The notes below the pieces were generated by a model. That model had not been told where the DNA came from. It ran no database searches and was given only the letters and a program-made list of their open reading frames with translations. Shown piece after piece: positions 11,601-25,100 of a DNA stretch of 64,000 nt (position 1 is the first letter of the stretch; every line of letters starts with the position of its first letter). The stretch is from Eledone cirrhosa (Eukaryota): NCBI GenBank assembly GCA_964016885.1, contig OZ024744.1, positions 116,498,001 through 116,562,000 on the forward strand, given 5' to 3'. The position numbers and the translations under genes were made by a program.

Positions 11601-14600
11601 CTTGTTTTGGTTCTTGGTTGGGGTCTCGGTTGGTGTCTGGTTGGTTTATATGTGGGGTCTTGGTTGGGGTCTTGCTTAGGGTCTTGTTGGGGTTTTTGTT
11701 GGGATCTTGGTTGGTGTCTTGGTTGAGGTCTTGTTTGGTTTCTTGGTTGGGGTTTTTGTTGGGATCTTGGTTGGGTTCTTGGTTGGGGTCATAGTTAGGG
11801 TCTTTGTTGGGGTCTTGGTTGGTGTCTTTGTTGGGGTCTTTGTTGGGTTCTTGGTTGGGATCTTGGTTCGGGTCATGGTTATGGTCTTGATTGGGATCTT
11901 GTTTAGGGTCTTGTTGGGATCTTGGTTGGGGTCATGGTTGGGGTCTTGGTTAGGGTCTTGTTTTGTGTCTTGTTTGGTGTCTTTGTTGGGGTCTTAGTTG
12001 GGGTCTTGGTATGGGTCTTGGCTGGTGTCATGGTTGGTTTATATGTGGGGTCTTGGTTGCGGTCTTGGTTTGGGTCAAGGTTGGGTTCATGGTTGGTTTA
12101 GATGTGGTGTCTTGGTTGGGGGTCTTGGCTGGTGTCTGGTTGGCGTGTTTGTTGGTTTATATGTGTGGTCTTGGTTGAGGTCTGTGTTGGGATCTTGGTG
12201 GGGTTTGGGTTGGGGTCATATTTGGGGTCTTTATTGGGGTCTTGGTTGGGGTCTTGGTTGGTGTCATGGTTGGTTTATATGTGTGGTCATTGTTGGGGCC
12301 TTGGTTGGGGTCTCTGTTGGTGTCATGTTTGGGGCCTTGACTGGGACCTGGTTGGGGACTTGTTTGGGGTCTTTGTTGGTTTATATGTGGGGTCTTGGTT
12401 GGGGTCATGTTTGGGGTCTTGGTTGGGGTCTTGGTTGGGCTCTTAGTTGGGGTGTTGGTTAGGGCCTTGGATGAGGTCTTGTTCGTGGTTTTGGTTGGGG
12501 TCATGGTTGGTTTATATGTGGGTTCTTGATTGGTCTGTATGTGGCGTCATGTTTGGGGGCTTGATTGGGGTCTGAGTTGGAGTCTTGGTTGGGCTCTTGG
12601 ATGGGGTCTTGGTTGGTTCTTGGTTGGGGTCTTGGATGGGGTTCTTGGTCGGGATCTTGGTTGGGGTCATGCTTATGGTCTTGCTTGGGATCTTTAGAGT
12701 CTTGGTTGGGATCTTGGTTGGGGTCTTGGTTGGGGTTTTGGTTGAGGTCTTGGTTGGTGTCGTGTTTGGGGTCATGGTTGGGGTCATGGTTGTGTCTTGG
12801 TTGGGGGCTTGTTTGGTATCATGTCTGGGGTCTTGGTTGGTGTCTTGGTTGGCGTCATGTTTGGGGTCTTGGTTCGGTTCTTGGTTGGGGGTCATGATTG
12901 GGGTCTTGGTTGGGGTCTTGGTTGGGGTCTTGTTTGGTCTCATGGTTGGTGTCTTGATTGGGGTCTGTGTTAGGGTCTTGGTTGGCATCTTGGTTGGGGT
13001 CATGGTTAGGGTCTTGGTTTGGGTCCTGGTTGGGGTATTGGATGGGATCTTGGTTGGTGTCATGGTTGGTGTCTCGGTTTGGTTCTTTGTTGGGGTTTTG
13101 GTTAGGTCTTGGTTGGGGTCTTTGTTGGTGTCATGGTTGGGGTCTTTGTTGCAGTCTTGGTTTGGGTCATGGTTGGGGTCTTGGTTGGAGTCTTGGATGG
13201 GGTATTTGTCGGGGTCATGGTTGGGGTCTTGGTTGGGGTCTTGGTTGGGGTCTTGGTTGGTGTCATGGTTGGTTTATATGTGGAGTCTTGGTTGGGGTCT
13301 TAGTTGGGGTTTTGATTGGGATCTTGTTTAGGGTCTTGTTGGGATCTTGGTTGGGTTCATGGTTGGGGTCTTGTCTTGGGTCTTGTTTGGGGTCTTTGTT
13401 GGGGTGTTGGTTGGGGTGTTGGTTGGGGTGTTAGTTAGGGTGTTGTTAAGGGTCTTGGTTGTGGTCTTGGTTGGTGTCATGGTTGGGGTGTTGGTTGAGG
13501 TCTAGATTTGGGTCATGGTTGGGTTTTTGTTGGGGTCTTGGATGGGGTATTGGTCGGGGTCATGGTTGGGGTCTTGGTTGGGATCATGGTTGGGGTCTTG
13601 GTTGGGGTCTTGGTTGGGGTCTTGATTGGTGTCAAGGTTGGTTTATATGTGGGGTCTTGGTTGGCATCTTGGTTGGTGTCTTGGTTGGGGTCTTATTTGG
13701 TGTCTTGATTGGGATATTGTTTGGGGTCTTGGTTGGGGTCTTGGTTGGGGTCATAGTTGGGGTCTTGGTTGGGGCCTTGGATGAGGTCTTGGTTGGGGTT
13801 TTGGTTGGGGTCATGGTTGGTTTATATGTGGGTTCTTTGTTGGGGTCATGGTTGATCTATATGATGGGTCTTGGTTGGGGTCTTGGTTTGGGTCATAGTT
13901 GGGATCTTGGTTGGGGCCTTGGATGGGGTCTTGGTTGGGGTTTTGGTTGGTTTATATGTGGGTTCTTGGTTGGGGTCATGTCTGGGGTACGGTTGGAGTC
14001 TAGATTTGGGTCATGGTTGTGGTCTTGGTTGGGGTCTTGGTTGGGGTCTTTGTTGGTGTCAAGGTTGGTTTATATGTGGGGTCTTGGTTGGGGTCGTGGT
14101 TGGTGTCATGGTTGTTTTATATGTGGGGTCTTGGTTGGTGTCTTGGTTGAGGTCTTATTTGGTTTCTTGGTTGGGATCTTGATTGGGATTTTGGTTGGGG
14201 TCTTGGTTGGGGTCATAGTTGGGGTCTTGGTTGGGGCCTTGGATGGGGTCTTGTTTGGGGTTTTGGTCGGGGTCATGTTTGGTTTATATGTGGGTTCTTG
14301 GTTGGTCTATATGTGGTGTCATGTTTCGGGTCTTGGTTGTGGTCATGGTTGGGGTTTTGGTTAGGGTCTTGTTTTGGATCTTGTTTTCGGTCTTTGTTGG
14401 GGTGTTGGTTGAGGTGTTGGTTGGGGTGTTGGTTAGGGTCTTGGTTTGGGTCTTGGTTGGTGTCATGGTTGAGGTCTGTGTATGGGTCTTGGTGGGCGTC
14501 TTGGTTGGGGTCTTGTTCGGGGTCTTGGTTGGGGTCTTGGTTGGGATCTTATATGGGGTCTTGTTTGGTGTCTGGGTTGGGGTTTTGGTTGGGGTTATAG

Positions 14601-15177
14601 TTGGGTCTTTGTTGGGGTCTTGGTTGGGGTCTTGTTTGGGGTTTTGGTTGGGGTCTTGTTTGGGTCTTGGTTGGAGTCTTGGTATGTGTCATGGTTGGTT
14701 TATATGTGTGGTCATTGTTGGTGCTTTGGTTGGGGTCTCTGTTGGTGTCATGTTTGGGGTCTTGGTTGGGGCCTGGTTGGGGTCTTGTTTTGGGTCTTTG
14801 TTGGTTTTTTATGTGGGGTTTTGTTTGGGGTTATGTTTGGAGTCTTGGTTGGGGTCTTGATTGGGGTCTTAGTTGTTGTCTTGGTAGGGATCTTGTTTGG
14901 GATCTTAGTTGGGGTCTTGGTTGGGGTCATATTTGGGGTCTTGGTTGGGGCCTTGGATGGTGTCTTGGTTGGGGTTTTGGTTGGTGTCATGGTTGGTTTA
15001 TATGTGGGTTCTTGGTTGGTCTATATATGGGGGTCATGTTTCGGTCTTGGATGGGGTCTTGGTTGGGGTCTTGGTTGGGGTCTTGGTTGGGTTCTTGGTC
15101 GGGATCTTGGTTGGGGTCATGGCTATGGGCTTGGTTGGGATCTTGTTTAGGGTCTTGGTTGGGGTCTGGATGTTTGG
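2687..15177 (+). repeat. G/T-rich 12-bp satellite (TTGGTTGGGGTC)n, ~12.5 kb, roughly 1000 degenerate units
   Basis: Period 12 throughout, with a recurring GGTTTATATGTGGGG variant unit. Local 71-bp higher-order unit at ~4330-4880; 748-bp and 2329-bp block duplications. Confidence 0.97.
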
Positions 15178-15286
15178 TTAATTTGGACTCATTCCATGAT
15201 CTTCCTTCGGATCAAAGCCTATAGTAAAAAACGGGGTTGTGGGGTCAGGATGATATATGCCAGAATGATTTTTCTTGATACGCTAC

Positions 15287-15393
15287 ATCACCATCATCAT
15301 CATCATCATTCTCACCATCTCCACCACCACCATCATCATCATCATCCTGATCTTCACCATCACCACCACCAACACTACCAACATGCCCACCAC

Positions 15394-15428
<35 letters not shown>
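15287..15428. repeat. (CAT/CAC)n followed by (TA)n microsatellites
   Basis: Direct inspection. Confidence 0.95.
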
Positions 15429-15432
<4 letters not shown>

Positions 15433-15811
15433 GATAATTTTGAAATGCAAACAATGCATTAGAAAGAAAATTTAATTGCCAAGATAACAAAAGAATGCCA
15501 AGAATAAAAACCCATTTTCATGTGAGTATCCTTAAGAGAGACTTAAAGGATTGATCGGGTTCACTTGTTTTGTAGTCAGATTTAAGTTAAATGAAATGAA
15601 AAGACGTTAAAATGTTGAACGTGTGCGTTTGATATATGCATGTGTGTGTGTGAGTGTAAGTGTGCATAGTGGGATGTTTGTATATAAATTTATGTATTGA
15701 AAAGCGTGTGTGAATATGTATATAATAAAAAAGGAAAATATGTGTGTGATATATATATGTGTGTGTGAGTGAGTCTAGAAACGAGCCACTGGGATGTTGG
15801 AATCCAGGATT

Positions 15812-16665
15812 TTAAATCAACCATTCTGGTGTACTTCTTTCCATTTGATTATTGATCCTAGGTTTTAATTGCTTGATTAAGAGGGCTTCCTTAATTCTCA
15901 GCGTGCCTATACTGCATTCGGTAGCTGAGATTCTGGTGGTAAAGCTGTCCCGGTTCCCACATTTGATGATGTGTTTGTGGAAGGAAGAGGTTTTAACATG
16001 CTCTTTAATACGGAGATCATCATCATCATCATCATCATCATCAGGTTTAGCGTCCGTGTTCCACGCTTGCATGGGTTTGGACGGGGGTTTTCCCACTTGA
16101 GGCAAGAGTGGTTGTCTTGCTCGCATAGGACTGTCTGGCGGGTTTTCTACAGTTGGATGCCCTTCCTAACACCAACCACATTTACAGTGTGGGACTGGGA
16201 GCTTTTTACCGTGTTGCCTACACGATCACATTACAGCGTGGACTGTCTGGCGGGTTTTCTACAGCTGGATGCCCTTCCTAACACCAACCACATTTACAGT
16301 GTGGGGCTGGGAGGTTTTTACCGTGTTGCCTACACGGCCACATTACAGCGTGGACTGTCTGGCGGGTTTACTACAGTTGGATGCCCTTCCTAACACCAAC
16401 CACATTTACAGTGTGGGGCTGGGAGGTTTTTACCGTGTTGCCTACACGGCCACATTTACAGCGTGGACTGTGTGTTTTTTTTGTCGTGACACCTACACGA
16501 TCTCATTTGTTTCGGCCTGGATGTTGTGGAGATGTATGGTCGAATAGTGCTGCCCATGTAAAATAGATTGCACTTGTTACATTCTAGCCTGTATACTGCG
16601 TATACATGACCTGTAATAAACAAGCAAACCCCGGAGTAACAAGACTCACTTTTTAGCCTTAACAA
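15812..16665 (-). mobile_element. Third PLE GIY-YIG fragment, split by a SINE-like insertion
   Basis: 16665->16530 reads VYAVYRLECNKCNLFYMGSTIRP. 16017->15812 reads (H)LRIKEHVKTSSFHKH...LRIKEALLIKQLKPRINNQ. Joining them restores VY..C..C..YxG.T.R...R..EH. Confidence 0.8.
16018..16527 (-). mobile_element. 5'-truncated RTE-tailed SINE (or RTE 3' UTR) with an internal 112-bp triplication; 6-bp TSD GGAGAT
   Basis: GGAGAT at 16012-16017 and 16528-16533. (ATG)n tail preceded by CCCATGCAAGCGTGGAACACGGACG on the minus strand. Unit starts at 16131, 16243 and 16355. Confidence 0.8.
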
Positions 16666-16706
16666 AATTAATATATATATAATCAGTAAAATAGTACTGA
16701 GGTTGA

Positions 16707-17776
16707 TATCATCATCATCATCATCATCACCGTTTTACATCCGTTCTTCCATGCTAGCATGGGTTAGACGGGTTGTCCTGTTGTATGCAATGCCAGGTCA
16801 GGTGACCTTGTCTTGCTGATACGAGAACTGATTTTGGCTTGATTTCTACAGCTGGATGCCCTTCCTAACACCAACCTCATTTACAGTGAGTGCTGGGTGC
16901 TTTTTATCCTGGCACCTGCACGTCCACTTTACAGTGTGGGCTGGGTGCTTTTTGTCGTGACACCTACATGACCACTTTACAGTGGGAGGGGGTGGTACAT
17001 ACTGTCTATAAACTTCAGCTTCAGCTTGTACCTGTGGGAAGTCGGGTCATCTGTATTACTGCATGACGCCAGGGGTCTTGGTTCTGTGTCATCACCTTTG
17101 AGAGGTGTAATTGGGTAAGGTCAGCTTTTATCACCTCATCTCAGGTCTTCTTGGTTCTCCCCACTCCATGGCTTCCATCGACTTTTAGTGCTCTGTACCT
17201 TTTTATGCAGCTATCCTTTTTATGCAGCTATCATCCTTCATGCACATCATATGTCCATACCAACGCAACCTCCTCTCCTACACACAGCATTTGATTACAC
17301 ATCCATCGGAGCATGCAAGCTTCGTTTCTTTATAATCTATGCAAGTCTTCCACAGACAGCGCCCAGGTCTCACTACCATGTAACATAACTGTTCATATAC
17401 ACGCATCATACAGTCTGCCTTTTATTTTGAGGGAAAAGTCTTCATCCCGTTTTACCCAGGTTATAGTACTTTCAGAACACCCACCTCCGCTGCTAATTTG
17501 GTCACCTTGGTAACAGAAGCTGTCTCCTGTTTCTACAGAGTCCTTCCAGAGTTTGGTGGTGCTTGTTTCCTGTGGTGGTGCAACTGCTACATGTAAAGCC
17601 TACATTCTTAACTAAACTTCCTGAAATCCCACTACATCTCTTGTATACACAATGTTTGTATTTGGGGCAGAGGATGGAATTTCTACCTACACCTTTACTA
17701 AGGTCCTCGTAAGTAGACGAGAAAACAGAACCCAGATCTCCTCAGGGAAATGGCCTTGCTCAGTATGTAGGAAAGG

Positions 17777-17825
<49 letters not shown>

Positions 17826-19190
17826 TTTACGTCCGCAGGGAAAAGTGGACGTAAAATGATGATGATGATCCCTGAGGGGATCTGGGTTCTGTTTTCTCGT
17901 CTACTTATGAGGACCTTAGTCTTTGTCAGGTTGACTTTGAGCCCCCTTTTTTCTAGTCTCTGCTTCTATGTTTGGAATTTCTTCTTTAGTTCCACCATAA
18001 TTTCAGCTATAAGTGTACAGAAGTTTCCATGTACAGAAGTTCCCATGGGCATCTGGTCTTAAACTCCTCTGTTATAGCCTGCAATATGATAAACAGGAGA
18101 GGGCTAAGAACAGAGCCTTAGTGGATGCCTACCTGTATGCTAAATTCCTTGCTATAGTCATTGTTAACCCTACCTTTGCTGACTGCCCCCCTATACATGG
18201 CTTGCACAGCTTTCATAAGCCATTCATCTATTTCTAGTTTTCTAAGAGCCCACCACATTATAGCACAGGGGACTCTGTCGAAGGCTTTTTCCACATCGAC
18301 AAATGCCATGTAGAGCGGCTTACTTTTAGCGAGGTACTTTTCCTGTAGCTGCCTCACAAGGAAGAGGGCATCAGTGGTGCTTTTGCCTAGTACAAACCCA
18401 AACTGCATCTCATCTAGTTTCACCCGGTCCCTAATCAACTGTGTTATAACTCTTTCTGTTACTTTCATAACCTGGTCCATCAGCTTTATACCTCTATAGT
18501 TTCCTCTATCTAGTGCACCACATTTACCTTTGTAGCAGTTGACAATGATGCTACTGCACCGATCTTTTGGTATGACACCTTCTAGTATTACCTGGTTAAC
18601 AATATGTGTGGTTATGTTGTGACCTACCGACTCAGATGCCTTCAGCATCTCGGCAGCTATACCCAATGGACCAGTTGCCTTCCCCGTCTTCAATCTTTGA
18701 TTGCCTTACTTACTACACTGCTGCTGACTTGTATTGCTGGCCCTTCTATAGGGTCTACTTGGGGTAGAGTCTCTTTCTCCCATTCATTCTTCTCATTCAG
18801 TAATCTTTCATAATGGCTCTTCCATGCATCTTTCTTTTCAGCACTTGTGAGGGCAAGCTCACCTTTATCATTCTGGATACACTTCTCTCCAATGACATCA
18901 CAATTCTCTCTGACATACTGCCTCACAATCCTGAACACCTCCTGTTTCTGGTCCTCAAACCGGCAAAACATGCTTGAATTTTCTATCCTCTGCTTCCCTT
19001 CTAGCTAAGTATACTTGGTGCCTAGCTTCCCTCCTTTAAAGTCTCCTGCAATGATTAAGAAGTTGTTTGTTAGGGCAGTAGTGTGCATTACGGACTCGTA
19101 AAACCTATACCTAAGTTCGTCTGGCAACCCAGATTGTACGCTGATATAATTGTAGCAATTGGTTTATTCAGGACTAGGACTAAAATGATG
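16707..19190 (-). mobile_element. Decayed RTE-clade LINE (APE fragment, RT, C-terminus, 3' UTR with (ATG)n tail); large internal deletion at ~19035
   Basis: RT motifs MKTGKATGPLGI / RGNYRGIKL / QFGF / YMAFVDVEKAFDRVP in ORF 18118..18693. 19040-19190 reads IATIISAY..RFYESV..FLIIAGDF (APE). Several frameshifts and stops. Confidence 0.9.
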
Positions 19191-19192
19191 TC

Positions 19193-22100
19193 GTGCCCCA
19201 GTATGGCCACAGTACAATGACTGACACCAGTATGATAATGTAGTGCGCCAACATGGCCACAGTCTAATGACTGACACCAGTAAAGCAGTAGTGAGGTTGA
19301 TATGGTAGACTATATCACGGTAGTGCCCCAGTATGGCCACAGTCTAATGACTGACAACAGTAAAACAGTAGTGAGGTTGATATGGTAGACTATATCAAGC
19401 TAATGCCCCAGTATGGCCACAGTCTAATGACTGACACCAGTAAAACAGTACTGAGATTAATATGGTAGACTATATCAAGGTAGTGCCCCAGTATTGCCAC
19501 AGTCTGACACCAGTAAAACAGTACTGAGGTTGATATAGTAGATTATATCAAGGTAGTGCCCCAGTATGGCCACAGTCTAATGACTGATATCAGTAAAGCA
19601 GTAGTGAGGTTGATATGGTAGATCATATCAAGGTAGTGCCTCAGTATGGCCACAGTCTAATGACTGACATCAGTAAAGCAGTAGTGAGGTTGATATGGTA
19701 GTCTATATCAAGGTAGTGCCCCAGTATGGCCACAGTCTAATGAATGACATCAGTAAAGGAGTAGTGAGGTTGATATGGTAGACTGTAACAAGGTAGTGCC
19801 CCAGTATGGCCGCAGTCTAGTGACTGACACCAGTAAAACAGTACTGAGGTTGATATAGTAGACTATATCAAGGCAGTGCCCCAGTATGGCCACAGTCTAA
19901 TGAATGACATCAGTAAAGGAGTAGTGAGGTTGATATGGTAGACAATACCAATGTAGTGCCCCAGTATGGCCACAGTCTAATGACTGACACCAGTAAAACA
20001 GTACTGAAGTTGATATGGTAGACTATATCAAGGTAGTGCCCCAGTATGGCCACAGTCTAATGACTGACATCAGTAAAACAGTACTGAGGTTGATATGGTA
20101 GACTGTATCAAGGTAGTACCCCAGTATGGCCACAGTCTAATGACTGACACCTGTAAAACTGTACTGAGGTTGATATGGTAGACTATATCAAGGTAGTGCC
20201 CCATTATGGCCACAGTCTAATGACTGACACCAGTAAAACAGTACTGAGGTTGATATGGTAGACTATATCAAGGTAGTGCCCCAGTATGGCCACAGTCTAA
20301 TGACTGACACCAGTAAAACAGTAGTGAGGTTGATATGGTAGTCTATATCAAGGTAGTGCCCCAGTAAGATCACAGTCTAATGACTGCCACCAGTAAATTA
20401 GTACTGAGGTTGATATAGTAGATTATATCAAGGTAGTACCCCAGTATGGCCACAGTCTAATGACTGATATCAGTAAAGCAGTAGTGAGGTTGATACGGTA
20501 GACTATATCAAGGTAGTGCCCCAGTATGGCCACAGTCTAATGACTGACATCAGTAAAACAGTACTTAGGTTGATATGGTAGACTGTATCAAGGTAGTGCC
20601 CCAGTATGGCCACAGTCTAATGACTGACATCAGTAAAACAGTAGTGAGATTGATATGGTAGACTATATCAAGGTAATGCCCCAGTATGGCCACAGTCTAA
20701 TGACTGACACCAGTAAAACAGTACTGAGATTAATATGGTAGACTATATCATGGTAGTGCCCCAGTATTGCCACAGTCTAATGACTGACACCAGTAAAACA
20801 GTACTGAGGTTGATATAGTAGATTATATCAAGGTAGTACCCCAGTATGGCCACAGTCTAATGACTGATATCAGTAAAGCAGTAGAGAGGTTGATATGGTA
20901 GACTATATCATGGTAGTGCCCCAGTATTGCCACAGTCTAATGACTGACACCAGTAAAACAGTACTGAGGTTGATATGGTAGATTATATCAAGGTAGTGCC
21001 TCAGTATGGCCACAGTCTAATGACTGACATCAGTAAATCAGTAGTGAGGTTGATATGGTAGTCTATATCAAGGTAGTGCCCCGGTATAGCCACAGTCTAG
21101 TGACTGCCACCAGTAAAACAGTAGTGAGGTTGATATGGTAGACTATATCAAGGTAGTACCCCAGTATGGCACAGTCTAATGACTGACAACAGTAAAACAG
21201 TACTAAGGTTGATATGGTAGACTGTATCAAGGTAGTACCCCAATATGGCCACAGTCTAATGACTGACACCTGTAAAACAGTACTGAGGTTGATATGGTAG
21301 ACTATATCAAGGTAGTGCCCCAGTATGGTCACAGTCTAATGACTGCCACCAGTAAAACAGTAGTGAGGTTGATATAGTAGATTATATCAAGGTAGTGCCG
21401 CAATATGGCCCCAGTCTAATGACTGACATCAGTAAAGCAGTAGTGATGTTGATATGGTAGACTATATCAAGGTAGTACCCCAGTATGGCCACAGTCTAAT
21501 GACTGATATCAGTAAAGCAGTAGTGAGGTTGATATGGTATTCTATATCAAGGTAGTGCCCCAGTATGGCCACAGTCTAATGACTGACACCAGTAAAACAG
21601 TACTGAGATTAATATGGTAGACTATATCAAGGTAGTGCCCCAGTATGGCCACAGTCTAATGACTGCCACCAGTAAAACAGTACTGAGGTTGATATGGTAG
21701 ACTATATCAAGGTAGTGCCTCAGTATGGCCACAGTCTAATGACTGACACCAGTAAAACAGTAGTGAGGTTGATATAGTAGATTATATCAAGGTAGTGCCC
21801 CAATATGGCCCCAGTCTAATGACTGACATCAGTAAAGCAGTAGTGAGGTTGATATGGTAGACTATATCAAGGTAGTACCCCAGTATGGCCACAGTCTAAT
21901 GACTGATATCAGTAAAGCAGTAGTGAGGTTGATATGGTATTCTATATCAAGGTAGTGCCCCAGTATGGCCACAGTCTAATGAATGACATCAGTAAAGCAG
22001 TAGTGAGGTTGATATGGTAGACTATAACAATGTAGTGCCCCAGTATGGCCACACTCTAATGACTGACACCAGTAAAACAGTACTGAAGTTGATATGGTAG

Positions 22101-25100
22101 ACTATATCAAGGTAGTGCCCCAGTATGGCCACAGTCTAATGACTGACACCAGTGAAACAGTACTGAGGTTGATATAGTAGACTATATCAAGGCAGTGCCC
22201 CAGTATGGCCACAGTCTAATGACTGACACCAGTAAAACAGTACTGAGGTTGATATGGTAGACTATATCAAGATAGTGCCTCAGTATGGCCACAGTCTAAT
22301 GACTGACACCAGTAAAACAGTACTGAGGTTGATATGGTAGATTATATCAAGGTAGTGCCTCAGTATGGCCACAGTCTAATGACTGACATCAGTAAAACAG
22401 TAGTGAGGTTGATATGGTAGTCTATATCAAGGTAGTGCCCCAGTATGGCCACAGTCTAATGACTGCCACCAGTAAAACAGTACTGAGTTTGATATGGTAG
22501 ACTATATCAAGGTAGAGCCCCAGTATGGCCAAAATCTAATGACTGACACCAGTAAAACAGTACTGAGGTTGATATGGTAGACTATATCAAGGTAGTGCCC
22601 CAGTATGGCCACAGTCTAATGACTGCCACCAGTAAAAGAGTACTGAGGTTGATATAGTAGATTATATGAAAGGTAGTACCCCAGTATGGCCACAGTCTAA
22701 TGACTGCCACCAGTAAAACAGTACTGAGGTTGATATGGTAGACTATATCAAGGTAGTGCACCAGTATGGCCACAGTCTAATGACTGACATCAGTAAAACA
22801 GTACTGAGGTTGATATGGTAGACTATATCAAGGTAGTGCCCCAGTATGGCCACAGTCTAATGACTGACATCAGTAAAACAGTACTGAGGTTGATATGGTA
22901 GACTATATCAAGGTAGTACCCCAGTATGGCCACAGTCTAATGACTGACACCAGTAAAACAGTACTGAGGTTGATATGGTAGACTATATCAAGGTAGTGCA
23001 CCAGTATGGCCACAGTCTAATGACTGACATCAGTAAAACAGTACTGAGGTTGATATGGTACACTATATCAAGGTAGTGCCCCAGTATGGCCACAGTCTAA
23101 TGACTGAGACCAATAAAACAGTAGTGAGGTTGATATGGTAAACTATATCAAGGCAGTGCCCCAGTATGGCCACAGTCTAATGACTGACACCAGTAAAACA
23201 GTACTGAGGTTGATATGGTAGACTATATCAAGGTAGTGCCCCAGTAAGTTCACTGTCTAATGACTGCCACCAGTAAAACAGTACTGAGGTTGATAGAGTA
23301 GATTATATCAAGGTAGTACCCCAGTATGGCCACAGTCTAATGACTGATATCAGTGAAGTAGTAGTGAGGTTGACATGGTAGACTATATCAAGGTAGTGCC
23401 CCAGTATGGCCACAGTCTAATGACTGACATCAGTAAAACAGTACTTAGATTGATATGGTAGACTATATCAAGGTAATGCCCTAGTATGGCCACAGTCTAA
23501 TGACTGCCACCAGTAAAACAGTACTGAGGTTGATATGGTAGACTATATCAAGGTAGTGCCCCAGTATGGCCACAGTCTAATGACTGCCACCAGTAAAACA
23601 GTACTGAGGTTGATATGTTAGACTATATCAAGGTAATGCCCCAGTATGGCCACAGTCTAATGACTGACACCAGTAAAACAGTACTGAGATTAATATGGTA
23701 GACTATATCAAGGTAATGCCCTAGTATGGCCACAGTCTAATGACTGCCACCAGTAAAACAGTACTGAGGTTGATATGGTAGACTATATCAAGGTAGTGCC
23801 CCAGTATGGCCACACTCTAATGACTGACACGAGTAAAACAGTAGTGAGGTTAATATGGTAGACTATATCAAGGTAGTGCCCCAGTATGGCCACACTCTAA
23901 TGACTGACACGAGTAAAACAGTAGTGAGGTTAATATGGTAGACTATATCAAGGTAGTGCCCCAGTATGGCCACAGTCTAATGACTGACACCAGTAAAACA
24001 GTAGTGAGGTTGATATGGTAGACTATATCAAGGTTGTGCCCCGGTATGGCCACAGTCTAATGACTAACATCAGTAAAACAGTACTGAGGTTGATATGGTA
24101 GACTGTATCAAGGTAGTACCCCAGTATGGCCACAGTCTAGTGACTGACACCAGTAAAACTGAACCGAGGTTGATATGGTAGACTATATCAAGGTAGTGCC
24201 CCAGTATGGCCACAGTCTAATGACTGACACCAGTAAAGCAGTAGTGAGGTTGATATAGTAGATTATATCAAGGTTGTACCCCAGTATGGCCACAGTCTAA
24301 TGACTGATATCAGTAAAGCAGAAGTGAGGTTGATATGGTAGACTATATCAAGGTAGTGCCCCAGTATGGCCACAGTCTAATGACTGACACCAGTAAAACT
24401 GTACTGAGGTTGATATGGTAGTCTATATCAAGGTAGTGCCCCAGTATGGCCACAGTCTAATGACTGACACCAGTAAAACAGTAGTGAGGTTGATATGGTA
24501 GACTATATCAAGGTAGTGCCCAAGTATGGCCACAGTCTAATGACTGACATCAGTAAAACAGTACTGAGGTTGATATGGTAGACTGTATCAAGGTAGTGCC
24601 CCAGTATGGCCACAGTCTAATGACTGACATCAGTAAAACAGTACTGAGGTTGATATGGTAGACTGTATCAAGGTAGTACCCCAGTATGGCCACAGTCTAA
24701 TGACTGACACCAGTGAAACAGTAGTGAGGTTAATATGGTAGACTGTATCAAGGTAGTACCCCAGTATGGCCACAGTCTAATGACTGACACCAGTAAAACA
24801 GTAGTGAGGTTGATATGGTAGACTATATCAAGGTAGTGCCCCAGTATGGCCACAGTCTAATGACTGACACCAGTAAAACAGTACTGAGGTTGATATGGTA
24901 GACTATATCAAGGTAGTGCCCCAGTATGGCCACAGTCTAATGACTGACACCAGTAAAACAGTACTGAGGTTAATATGGAAGACTATATGAAGGTAATGCC
25001 CCAGTATGGCCACAGTCTAATGACTGACACCAGTAAAACAGTACTGAGGTTGATATGGTAGACTCTATCAAGGTAGTGCCCAGTATGGCCACAGTCTAAT

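Noticed and set aside
2664-15224. Gly/Trp/Val/Leu-rich and Thr-Pro-Thr-Lys mucin-like ORFs
   Set aside because: Translations of a 12-bp satellite with frequent frameshifting indels; no frame is preserved.
19047-19110. Apparent short minus-strand intron (GTATAG..CTAAC..TGCAG)
   Set aside because: The region translates as the RTE APE endonuclease (RFYESV..FLIIAGDF), so the splice-like signals are coincidental.
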